Origin: an uncultured Bacilli bacterium
Lineage (GTDB): Bacteria; Bacillota_I; Bacilli_A; RF39; UBA660
DNA length: 64,000 nucleotides
Reading direction: 5' to 3'
NCBI GenBank assembly: GCA_934102355.1
Contig: CAKOSO010000001.1
Location: forward strand, 7,695 to 71,694
The notes beneath the pieces were generated by a model, which did not search any database, was not told where the DNA came from, and saw only the letters and a program-made list of their open reading frames with translations. This document shows, one piece after another, positions 27,801-36,231 of this stretch. A program made the translations under genes and the position numbers. Within the stretch, counting starts at the first letter, position 1. The number at the start of each line of letters is the position of its first letter.

Positions 27801-28880
27801 ATGAAAAAAATAATATTATCTATAGTCATGTTTTTTTTATTTACAATTACTGTTTCTGCAATGAATATTAATTCATCCTCATTTATTGCTATGGATATTA
27901 ATTCAGGTAGAGTATTCTATGAAAAAAATAAAGATAATAAAAGACTTATCGCATCTACAACCAAAATAATGACAGCAATTGTTGCCATTGAAAATAGTAA
28001 TATGGAAGATTTAATAGAAGCAAAAGAAGAAGTTTTAACCATGTATGGATCTAATATTTATATTGAATATCATGAACATATGCTAATGCTTGATTTATTA
28101 TATGGCCTAATGCTTAGAAGTGGTAATGATGCAAGTGTAGTAATTGCAACTCATGTATCAGGCTCAATTGAAAAATTTGTATCTTTAATGAATGAAAAAG
28201 CAAAAGAACTTGGAATGACTAATACTATATTTAAAAACCCGCATGGATTAGATGAAGAAAGTGAAAATTATAGTACTGCTTATGACTTATCAATTCTTTA
28301 TAGTTATGCATACAAAAATGAAATATTTAGAAAAATAGTAGGCACAAAAAGATATAAATTAACTACTGAAGTTAAAGCATATGATTGGTATAACAGAAAT
28401 AAAATATTAACTATGTATGATAAAGCAACTGGTGGAAAAACTGGTTACACACCTAAAGCAGGTAAAGTATTAGTAACAAGCGCTTCAAACAATGATTTAG
28501 ATATTGTAATTACATCATTTAATAGCATATATGATTATGATTTACATGCTAAGGTTTATGAAGATATATTTTATAATTATTCCAATACTTTAATTCTTGA
28601 TAAAAATAATTTTAACTTAAAAAATAATCCATTTGATGGAGTTTTATATATAAAAGATTCAGTATATTATCCTCTTTCAAATAGTGAAAAGAATAAAATT
28701 ACTAAACTGGTTAACTTTTATAACTTAAAAAAATATAATAATGGTGATGAAGTAGGGGAAGTGTATTTATATTTAGATGACGATATAATAAGTACTGCAA
28801 AAATATATATCAAAAAAAATGATAAAACTTTATATGAAAAAATAAAAGATTTTCTTCATTCAATTAAAATTTTTAATTAA
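27801..28880 (+). CDS. D-alanyl-D-alanine carboxypeptidase (PBP5/DacF-like, S11 family)
   Basis: Signal peptide, then SxxK (ASTTKIM), SxN (RSGND) and KTG (GKTGYT) motifs. The RBS AGGTGA precedes the ATG at 27801. Confidence 0.8.
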   Translation: MKKIILSIVMFFLFTITVSAMNINSSSFIAMDINSGRVFYEKNKDNKRLIASTTKIMTAIVAIENSNMEDLIEAKEEVLTMYGSNIYIEYHEHMLMLDLLYGLMLRSGNDASVVIATHVSGSIEKFVSLMNEKAKELGMTNTIFKNPHGLDEESENYSTAYDLSILYSYAYKNEIFRKIVGTKRYKLTTEVKAYDWYNRNKILTMYDKATGGKTGYTPKAGKVLVTSASNNDLDIVITSFNSIYDYDLHAKVYEDIFYNYSNTLILDKNNFNLKNNPFDGVLYIKDSVYYPLSNSEKNKITKLVNFYNLKKYNNGDEVGEVYLYLDDDIISTAKIYIKKNDKTLYEKIKDFLHSIKIFN

Positions 28881-28962
28881 CTATTTTTCCTTTATAATCT
28901 TGAATTTTCTATTTGTTTAGATTATACTTGTTGTATAAATAATATAGGATAGAGGTTATAAT

Positions 28963-31464
28963 ATGAAAAATAGTTTTTTTATAAAATTACTTGCAGTTAT
29001 GACTTTACTTTTTGTATCTTTATTTACTGTAGAAGTTAAAGCTATAGATTATACATCTGGTAAATATTCAGTTGGTGGTATTTTTTATGGAGATACTTTA
29101 GGTGAAGAAATAACTTATATGAATATGGAAAAAAACGGTACTATTTATGATGCCTTTTGTTTGAACCATGAATATAAATACTGTCGTAATAGTAAAACAT
29201 ATACTTCCATCGCTAATAATAGTTACGAAGCTAAAGGCCTTGGATCTTTAGTTGCATATTTTTATGAATCTTGTGGACGTAGTAATGGTACTACTACTGG
29301 CTTATCTTGTGAAAACTGGGCTCAATATGCTATTTGGGAAATTATAACTTATTATACAAACAATGGTAAAATACCACCAAGTGGTACAATCCTTTCAAGC
29401 AGTTTATCTACAGCTCACAATGGTAACGAAATAACATTCATGGAAAAGATTAGTGCTATAAATGAAGAATACTTAAAAATTGCTAGTCCTTCTAATTATT
29501 GCATAACTATTACTGCTCCAAATGGTAATACTAAAAACTTTTGCATGAAATATGAAACTAGTGATTCATATTATAAATGCGATGGATCCCTAGATATCCT
29601 AAAATATAATGATACAGGTACTTGTGAAGGATCTGTAACTTCTAGTTATTATCAACTTATGGCTACATATAACGGAAGTTGTACAAAAAATCCTAAGACA
29701 GGCGGATTAAAAATAGTTAAAAAATCAGAAAGTGGTAAACTTCTTCCTGGTGCACAGTTTAAAATATCAAGTACTAAGTCTGATTGCAGCGATAACGATA
29801 CTATTTATACTACAGATTCTACCGGGTCAATTGTAATCAATGATTTAAATCCTGGTGTTTATCATGTTTGTGAAATTAAAGCTCCAATGGGATATAAAAT
29901 AATTGATAAAAGCAAAGATATAACTATCAGTAGCTCTTCAACTGAATCAATTGAGTTTAAAAATACACCTTTAGGATCTATAATTGTTAGAAAAGTAGAT
30001 AGTTATAATAATAAATTACTTTCTGGTGCAACAATTGCTTTATATAAAGCTGGTTGTAAAGAAAAAGTAACAGATGCTATTACCGGTAAAACAATAGAAA
30101 ACCAAGTAACAAATAGTCAAGGTGAAGTAATTTTTGCCAATTTACCTTTAGGTAGTTATTGTATAGTTGAAGTATCTTCTCCAAATAGATATCAAAATGT
30201 ATCAAATGCAATTATATATGGAAACCTAACAGTTAAACAAGACAATATTAAAATAACAGAAGATAACACTACTGTATCAAAAATGATAACAATGAAAAAT
30301 GAACCTTTAGGCAACATGGTAATTGAAAAGCAAGATAAAGTATCTGGTAAATTATTAAATGGTGCTCAATTCGAACTTTATAAGTGTGATTCAAATTATA
30401 AAAATTGCGAAGTTGTAACTGAAGATGCTAATGGTGTTTCAATTACTAAAAAAACTAAAGCAGGAAATGAAGAATACTACTATTTATGTAGTGATAACAA
30501 ATGTAATAGCATTGGTACAACAAATGGTAAGATTTTAATAAATGATTTACTATATGGATATTATGCAGTTGTTGAAGTTGTTGCTCCAACTGATGGAAAA
30601 CAAGGATATAAAATCATTCGTGAAAAGATAAAAGTAGGGGAATTAAACGATACAAGCAATACTTGTGGTGGAGAACTTCTTGCTCCATGTTCTAAAATAA
30701 TTGTTAAAGACGAACCAATAAATATCAAGATAATAAAATTTGCCATGAAAATAACAGGTGAAAAACTTGATAAAAAATTAACGGGTGTCACATTCCAAAT
30801 TTATGAATATGGATCTACTGATATATTTGATGAAGTTATAATATCATCAACTGATGGAGTAACAATTGGTATTAAGCCAGGAAAATATGTAATTAAAGAA
30901 ATATCTTCTCCGAGCGGATACTCTTTAATGGATGATGATATAGTTTTCGAAGTATCTGTAGATGGTGTTGTAACAATAGAAAAAAATGATTATGTATCAG
31001 TTAGTGATGATACAATTAATTTTTATAATAAACCCTCTAATTTAGTAATTAGTAAACAAGATATTACAAATGGAAAAGAACTTCCGGGGGCCACATTATA
31101 TTTATCTTGTGATAATGGATATAATACCAGCTGGATTTCTTCTGATACTCCATATGAGTTTGATATTCAACCTGGTGTTACTTGTAAACTAAAAGAAACA
31201 GCATCACCTGAAGGATATGAAGTTGAACTTAATGAACTTGAATTTAAACTTGACGATAATGGTAATGTTATTTCATTAGTAAACCTAGGAAATGATAGTA
31301 ATTGGAAAATAGAAAGTAACAGAATAGTTTTGTATAATGGATTCAAAGTTCCAGCTACCGCATCTCTTATATCTATTATTGCAATAATACTTGGACTTGG
31401 TATTATTGGTGGAGGTATTACATTTATTGTTATAGCAGGAAAAAGAAATCATAAACAAGCTTAA
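28963..31464 (+). CDS. Large cell-surface protein with repeated CnaB/SpaA-type (isopeptide-forming pilin-like) domains and a C-terminal KVPATAS-TM-basic anchor
   Basis: Signal peptide. Repeated G-A-x-F-x-(I/L)...T-D-x-x-G...L-x-x-G-x-Y...E-x-x-A-P-x-G-Y modules. C-terminus NGFKVPATASLISIIAIILGLGIIGGGITFIVIAGKRNHKQA. Confidence 0.7.
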   Translation: MKNSFFIKLLAVMTLLFVSLFTVEVKAIDYTSGKYSVGGIFYGDTLGEEITYMNMEKNGTIYDAFCLNHEYKYCRNSKTYTSIANNSYEAKGLGSLVAYFYESCGRSNGTTTGLSCENWAQYAIWEIITYYTNNGKIPPSGTILSSSLSTAHNGNEITFMEKISAINEEYLKIASPSNYCITITAPNGNTKNFCMKYETSDSYYKCDGSLDILKYNDTGTCEGSVTSSYYQLMATYNGSCTKNPKTGGLKIVKKSESGKLLPGAQFKISSTKSDCSDNDTIYTTDSTGSIVINDLNPGVYHVCEIKAPMGYKIIDKSKDITISSSSTESIEFKNTPLGSIIVRKVDSYNNKLLSGATIALYKAGCKEKVTDAITGKTIENQVTNSQGEVIFANLPLGSYCIVEVSSPNRYQNVSNAIIYGNLTVKQDNIKITEDNTTVSKMITMKNEPLGNMVIEKQDKVSGKLLNGAQFELYKCDSNYKNCEVVTEDANGVSITKKTKAGNEEYYYLCSDNKCNSIGTTNGKILINDLLYGYYAVVEVVAPTDGKQGYKIIREKIKVGELNDTSNTCGGELLAPCSKIIVKDEPINIKIIKFAMKITGEKLDKKLTGVTFQIYEYGSTDIFDEVIISSTDGVTIGIKPGKYVIKEISSPSGYSLMDDDIVFEVSVDGVVTIEKNDYVSVSDDTINFYNKPSNLVISKQDITNGKELPGATLYLSCDNGYNTSWISSDTPYEFDIQPGVTCKLKETASPEGYEVELNELEFKLDDNGNVISLVNLGNDSNWKIESNRIVLYNGFKVPATASLISIIAIILGLGIIGGGITFIVIAGKRNHKQA

Positions 31465-31480
31465 AATGCTTGTTTTTTTC
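31453..31480 (+). terminator. Terminator between the two adhesin genes
   Basis: Stem aaacaagc/gcttgttt with a 7-nt loop, followed by ttttt. Confidence 0.55.
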
Positions 31481-31532
31481 TTTACCTTATCATATTAAAA
31501 TGATATAATTTTTTATAGGATAGGGTGATTAT

Positions 31533-34487
31533 ATGAAGAAGAAAAAATTTATGATTATAAATATTTTACTATTAGTTGTTATTGCTTTATTTGTTGGATT
31601 CATGATTAGTAGTAAATATTTAAGTGGTAGTTTTGCAGAAGAACAGCCAAAACCTTCAGTTGTTATTAAGGACTCAACTGGAAAGTATAAAATAAATAAA
31701 AGCTCTACATGGATATCTGATAATGAAGCTAAGGTTACTTTAGAATTTAACAGTAATTATCAAACTATTAATGCGGATAAAACTGACTTAATTTTAATAC
31801 TAGATCGTACTCATAGTATGATTGAAAATGAAGATAAGTGGAAAACAGTTAAAACTGCTGCTTCACAATTAGTAAATAAAGTACTAAATATCGAAGGAAA
31901 TAGGGCAGCTGTAATTACTTTCGATACCTGGTTTAAATCATCTACAGATAACACTAAAGTCCCTAAGGTTTATAAATATGACTTTGTTGGATCATCTGGT
32001 AAAAATAACCTAATAAATTACATTAATGGACTTGAAGTAGAAATAAGTAATGTCATTTACAATGGATGGATTGACTGTACTAGGTATGCAGATGCTTTAG
32101 GATCAACTAACGGACTTATTGATTTACTTGCTGCTGATAATAATAGAAGCAGTGATTCTAAGTATTTAGTAGTATTTTTAACCGATGGTGGAAATAATGC
32201 TGATGGAGACCTTATTCAACCATATCTTGATACTTTAAATTCTTCATATGGATCAATTATGGATATAGTTGGTATTAAATATAGATATACAGGTGATGTA
32301 ACATTTGAAGATTCTGGTAATCGTTTAAGTCAAATTGTTAACTACAATAAAAGTGATGGTTCCGGAAAAATCTATGAAGCAACTAATGAAGATTTATTAG
32401 AAAAATTTGAGCAAGCTCTTCAACACATATTATTCGACAGTATTTCAGTAAAAGACTATATTAATACTGAATACTTTGAATATGTGGATGGAAGCATTAG
32501 CACAACAAGTGGAACTACCGCTACATTTAATTCTAATGATAACTCAATAAATTGGAATATGAGTAATGTTCCAACTGGAGAAACAAGAACACTAAGTTTT
32601 AATATTAAAGTCAAAAGCGGAGATATAAAGATCATTAAAACAGATGCAAAAGATGGAACCAGATTAAATGGTGCTAAATTTAAAATATCAAGTACTAAGT
32701 CTGATTGTAGTGATACATCTACAATTTATACTACTGCTAATGATGGAACTGTTACAATAAGTAATCTAAAATCTAATTTTGGTACTACATCTCTTCCTAC
32801 AAATAATAAAAAAGATCTTGGTATAGGTATTAGTGTAAACGCAGTATTAAATGGCAACAGTCTAAATAAAACAGATTCAAGTTTAACCCCAATACTTAAA
32901 TATAATAATTCAGATTATTATGTATGTGAAGTTGAAGCTCCAACTGGTTATAAGATAAATAATAGTTCTAAAAAAATCAGTGTTATTAGTGGTACTGTTA
33001 CTCCTATAACAATTGAGGATGCAAGAGAAACGGGAACTATTAAGATTGAAAAAGTTGATAGTGTTACAAAAGCTAAAATAAGTGGGGCAGTATTTGGGCT
33101 TAAAAAATGTACCTCATCTGAAAAGAGTAGTTGTGAAAGTTCATACGTCAGTGGTTATGAATCATTTGAAATAATAAATGGTGAAAAGGAAATAATTGTT
33201 GAACCTGGATACTATATGCTTGAAGAATTAAAAGCTCCATCAGGATATACAATTACTGATACTTCTTACCAAATAAAAAAGATTACAAGTAAAAATACTA
33301 CAACTTATTCATTTAAAAATGTTCCTTACGGATCAATTGTAATCTCTAAGATCGATAAAGATACAAGTAACGCTTTAAAAGGTGCTCAATTTGAACTTTA
33401 CAAATGTGACCCTAATAATAATTGTGATGAGATTGTAACTAAAGATATTTATGGCAATCCAATTGCAAAAAAAGCAACTGTTGCTGGTAACATTTATTAC
33501 TATTTATGTACTGATTCATCTTGTTCTAGTACTGGTACAAATCAAAATGGATTAATTACAATTGATAATTTAGAACAAGGAAATTATAAAATTAAAGAAG
33601 TAGTTGCACCAGTTGATGGAAAACAAGGTTACAAGCTTCTTGATAATCCAGTATCAATAAAATTATCTATGAATGGAACTTGTTCACTTGTTACTAAGAA
33701 TAATCCATGTATTGAAGTTACTATCTCCGATGAACCAATTGCTATAAGAATAGTAAAAGGTGCAATGGATAATTCATTAAAGAAACTCGATAAGAAGTTA
33801 GTAGGAGCAATCTTTAGAGTAAAAGAATATAATTCTTCTGATAACATTTATGATGATATTACTATATCTGATAAATCTGGTATAAAAGTTGGCATCAAAC
33901 CTGGAAAGTATGAAGTTATTGAAGTTTTATCACCAGAAGGATATGCTCTTATGGAAGAAAAAGTAATTATCACATTTGATAAATATGGAAATATTAATTT
34001 AAGTAATAGCAAATATACTACTATATCTGATTCAACTATAACTTTCTATGATAAACCATCTAATTTAATAGTTAGTAAACTTGATTCTTCTACTAAAAAA
34101 CCATTAGAAGGAGTAGAACTTAATATCAAATGTGATGATGGATATGAAATTACCTGGAAGACTACAACAGAAGATGTAGAAATAGGTATAAACGATAATG
34201 CAAAATGTGTTATTAAAGAAGTTAATACACCAGATGGTTATGAAAAAGAGTTAACAGAACTTAACTTCACAATTGATGAAGATGGAAGCATCGTCCTTGA
34301 TAAAAAACTTGATGCAAACAGTAACTGGAAAACAGAAAAAAATAAAATAACTTTATATAACGGATTCAAAGTTCCTGCAACAGCATCTCTTATATCTATT
34401 ATTACTATTATATTAGGAATTGGTATAATTGGTGGAGGAATTGCCTTTGTCATTGTTGCATCTAAGAAAAAAGGAACTAATAAATAA
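31533..34487 (+). CDS. Large vWA-domain adhesin with CnaB/SpaA-type domains and the same C-terminal KVPATAS-TM-basic anchor. Paralog of the 28963 gene.
   Basis: Signal peptide. vWA/MIDAS region (ILILDRTHSM ... VVFLTDGGNN). Several modules are near-identical to the upstream paralog. C-terminus NGFKVPATASLISIITIILGIGIIGGGIAFVIVASKKKGTNK. Confidence 0.7.
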   Translation: MKKKKFMIINILLLVVIALFVGFMISSKYLSGSFAEEQPKPSVVIKDSTGKYKINKSSTWISDNEAKVTLEFNSNYQTINADKTDLILILDRTHSMIENEDKWKTVKTAASQLVNKVLNIEGNRAAVITFDTWFKSSTDNTKVPKVYKYDFVGSSGKNNLINYINGLEVEISNVIYNGWIDCTRYADALGSTNGLIDLLAADNNRSSDSKYLVVFLTDGGNNADGDLIQPYLDTLNSSYGSIMDIVGIKYRYTGDVTFEDSGNRLSQIVNYNKSDGSGKIYEATNEDLLEKFEQALQHILFDSISVKDYINTEYFEYVDGSISTTSGTTATFNSNDNSINWNMSNVPTGETRTLSFNIKVKSGDIKIIKTDAKDGTRLNGAKFKISSTKSDCSDTSTIYTTANDGTVTISNLKSNFGTTSLPTNNKKDLGIGISVNAVLNGNSLNKTDSSLTPILKYNNSDYYVCEVEAPTGYKINNSSKKISVISGTVTPITIEDARETGTIKIEKVDSVTKAKISGAVFGLKKCTSSEKSSCESSYVSGYESFEIINGEKEIIVEPGYYMLEELKAPSGYTITDTSYQIKKITSKNTTTYSFKNVPYGSIVISKIDKDTSNALKGAQFELYKCDPNNNCDEIVTKDIYGNPIAKKATVAGNIYYYLCTDSSCSSTGTNQNGLITIDNLEQGNYKIKEVVAPVDGKQGYKLLDNPVSIKLSMNGTCSLVTKNNPCIEVTISDEPIAIRIVKGAMDNSLKKLDKKLVGAIFRVKEYNSSDNIYDDITISDKSGIKVGIKPGKYEVIEVLSPEGYALMEEKVIITFDKYGNINLSNSKYTTISDSTITFYDKPSNLIVSKLDSSTKKPLEGVELNIKCDDGYEITWKTTTEDVEIGINDNAKCVIKEVNTPDGYEKELTELNFTIDEDGSIVLDKKLDANSNWKTEKNKITLYNGFKVPATASLISIITIILGIGIIGGGIAFVIVASKKKGTNK

Positions 34488-34515
34488 AAGGTCTTTAAAG
34501 ACCTTTTTTGTTTTA
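34487..34515. terminator. Strong terminator (perfect palindrome aaaggtcttt/aaagaccttt followed by a T-run)
   Basis: 10-bp perfect stem followed by tttgttttatt. Confidence 0.7.
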
Positions 34516-34560
34516 TTATTTTAAATTCTTCATAAAATATAATTAGTAGTTAAATTTTGT

Positions 34561-34589
34561 TTGACTATTTATACATTGTATGATAAAAT
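34561..34589 (+). promoter_or_regulatory. sigmaA promoter TTGACT-N17-TAAAAT (extended TG) of the rplU operon
   Basis: TTGACT at 34561-66, a 17-nt spacer, TGATAAAAT. Confidence 0.5.
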
Positions 34590-34595
34590 CTATTT

Positions 34596-34687
34596 GTTTG
34601 AAGCCTCAGCTTTAAACCACATTGAAGAGGTTAGAAATCCTATATGGTACCTCAAGAGTGAGTCTTAGGTTAAAAAAGGAGGTATAT
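34596..34687 (+). promoter_or_regulatory. Putative ribosomal protein L21 leader (5' UTR of rplU-prp-rpmA)
   Basis: A ~90-nt leader lies between the promoter and the rplU RBS, with internal complementarity. Firmicutes carry a conserved L21-leader RNA at this position. Confidence 0.3.
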
Positions 34688-34987
34688 ATGAAAGCAATTA
34701 TTAAAACTGGTGGTAAACAATATTTAGTTGAAGAAGGTTCAGTTATTTATGTTGAAAAGCTAGATACTGAAGAAGGAAAAGAAGTTTCTTTTGATGAAGT
34801 ATTAATGCTTGATGGTCAAGTTGGATCACCACTTGTTAAAGATGCAAAAGTTACTGGTAAAGTTTTAAAGCATGGTAAAAATAAGAAAATTAGAATTTTC
34901 CATTATGTAAATAAACAAAAGAGTACAAGAAAGCATCAAGGACATCGTCAACCATATACTAAGGTTGAAATTACTAAGATTGGGTAA
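34688..34987 (+). CDS. rplU: 50S ribosomal protein L21
   Basis: [19 protein letters not shown]... The RBS AAAGGAGG precedes the ATG at 34688. The tracked start at 34622 is an upstream extension through the leader. Confidence 0.9.
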   Translation: MKAIIKTGGKQYLVEEGSVIYVEKLDTEEGKEVSFDEVLMLDGQVGSPLVKDAKVTGKVLKHGKNKKIRIFHYVNKQKSTRKHQGHRQPYTKVEITKIG

Positions 34988-34989
34988 TT

Positions 34990-35283
34990 ATGATAAAAAT
35001 TAGTATAAAATATGAAGAAAATAAAATAAAAGAAGTTTTAATAAAGGGACATGCTCTATACGATGATTATGGTAAAGATATAGTTTGTGCAGCTGTTAGT
35101 TCTATTGTAATAACTACAATTAATGCTATATTATCAATTAATAAAGATTCTATCACTTTTGATGAATCTGTGATGATTAAAGTAATTAAGAATGACGAAA
35201 TTACTGATAAATTACTTATTAATATGATAAACTTACTTAAAGAATTAGAACATGATTATCCTAATAATATTAAATTTTTATAG
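34990..35283 (+). CDS. prp: Ribosomal processing cysteine protease Prp
   Basis: KGHALYDDYGKDIVCAAVSSIV (His...Cys dyad). Its position between rplU and rpmA is conserved. Confidence 0.8.
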   Translation: MIKISIKYEENKIKEVLIKGHALYDDYGKDIVCAAVSSIVITTINAILSINKDSITFDESVMIKVIKNDEITDKLLINMINLLKELEHDYPNNIKFL

Positions 35284-35295
35284 GAGGATTAATTT

Positions 35296-35574
35296 ATGAT
35301 GAAATTAAATATCCAATTATTTGCTCATAAAAAAGGTGGTGGATCATCTACAAATGGTAGAGATTCAGCAGGACGTAGATTAGGTGCTAAAGTTGCTGAT
35401 GGAGAATTCGCAACAGCTGGTTCTATTATTTACCGTCAAAGAGGAACTAAAATTTATCCAGGAGTAAATGTTGGTATGGGTAATGATCATACTTTATATG
35501 CTAAAATCGATGGTATCATTAAGTATGAAAGATTAGGAAAAGATAAAAAACAAGTTTGTGTTTATGAAAAGTAG
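35296..35574 (+). CDS. rpmA: 50S ribosomal protein L27 (with an N-terminal propeptide cleaved by Prp)
   Basis: [30 protein letters not shown]... The Firmicutes N-terminal extension is present. RBS AGGAGG. Confidence 0.9.
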   Translation: MMKLNIQLFAHKKGGGSSTNGRDSAGRRLGAKVADGEFATAGSIIYRQRGTKIYPGVNVGMGNDHTLYAKIDGIIKYERLGKDKKQVCVYEK

Positions 35575-35598
35575 AAGTTAAACTTCTATTTTTTTTGG
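35573..35598 (+). terminator. rpmA terminator
   Basis: Stem agaagt-taa-acttct followed by a T9 run. Confidence 0.55.
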
Positions 35599-35676
35599 TA
35601 TGTTTTGGAAATTCAGCTTTTTACTTTCATTTTTTTCTTATTTTTAATATAATATATATTTGTCAGGGGAGATTAT

Positions 35677-36153
35677 ATGAAAATATTAGAAACTATTATA
35701 GCTATAGGTGTATTATCACTTTCACTATTTAATAATAATTTAAATATTGAAAAAACAAAAGAGGTTGAAAGAGTTGAAGTAGCACAAGTATCAAATACTC
35801 AAGATACACTATCTAGTTTTACTGGTACCGTTTCTGCTTATACACCATATTGTGATGGATGTATTGGTATTACTGCTTCATCTTATAATGTATTAAATAC
35901 AATGTATTATAATGATCAAACCTATGGTACTTTAAGAATAATAGCAGCAGATCAATCAATACCATTTGGTACAATAATTAAAATGTCTGGAGATGGATTT
36001 GACCCAATTATATCAATTGTACTTGACAGGGGAAGCGCTATTGGAAACAATAAAAGAGTTCAAGCAGACCTTTTATTCAGCGACTATAGTGATGCTATTA
36101 ATTTTGGTATTAAAAACAATGTATTATTTGAAGTATTAAGATATGGATATTAA
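35677..36153 (+). CDS. 3D-domain (MltA-like, YabE/YocH-type) membrane-anchored protein
   Basis: N-terminal TM. The C-terminal region carries three conserved Asp residues (IAADQSIPFG, VLDRGSAIG, QADLLFSDY). RBS AGGGGAG. Confidence 0.65.
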   Translation: MKILETIIAIGVLSLSLFNNNLNIEKTKEVERVEVAQVSNTQDTLSSFTGTVSAYTPYCDGCIGITASSYNVLNTMYYNDQTYGTLRIIAADQSIPFGTIIKMSGDGFDPIISIVLDRGSAIGNNKRVQADLLFSDYSDAINFGIKNNVLFEVLRYGY

Positions 36154-36231
36154 AAGAACAAATGTTCTTTTTTCTTTTAAAAAAACTTTCTTTATTCTCT
36201 TTTATTTTATATAATAAATATGGTGACTAAA

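Noticed and set aside
27831-27838. T8 homopolymer inside the signal-peptide codons of the DD-carboxypeptidase gene, as a possible phase-variation tract
   Set aside because: Runs of 7-9 A/T are frequent throughout this AT-rich window, including inside essential genes. There is no evidence of contingency-locus behaviour.
24094-34515. tRNA-Lys-adjacent block as an integrative mobile element or genomic island
   Set aside because: No integrase, recombinase, relaxase, phage or transposase gene was found, and no direct repeat of the tRNA 3' end was seen at the distal boundary. It is better described as a chromosomal surface-protein locus.
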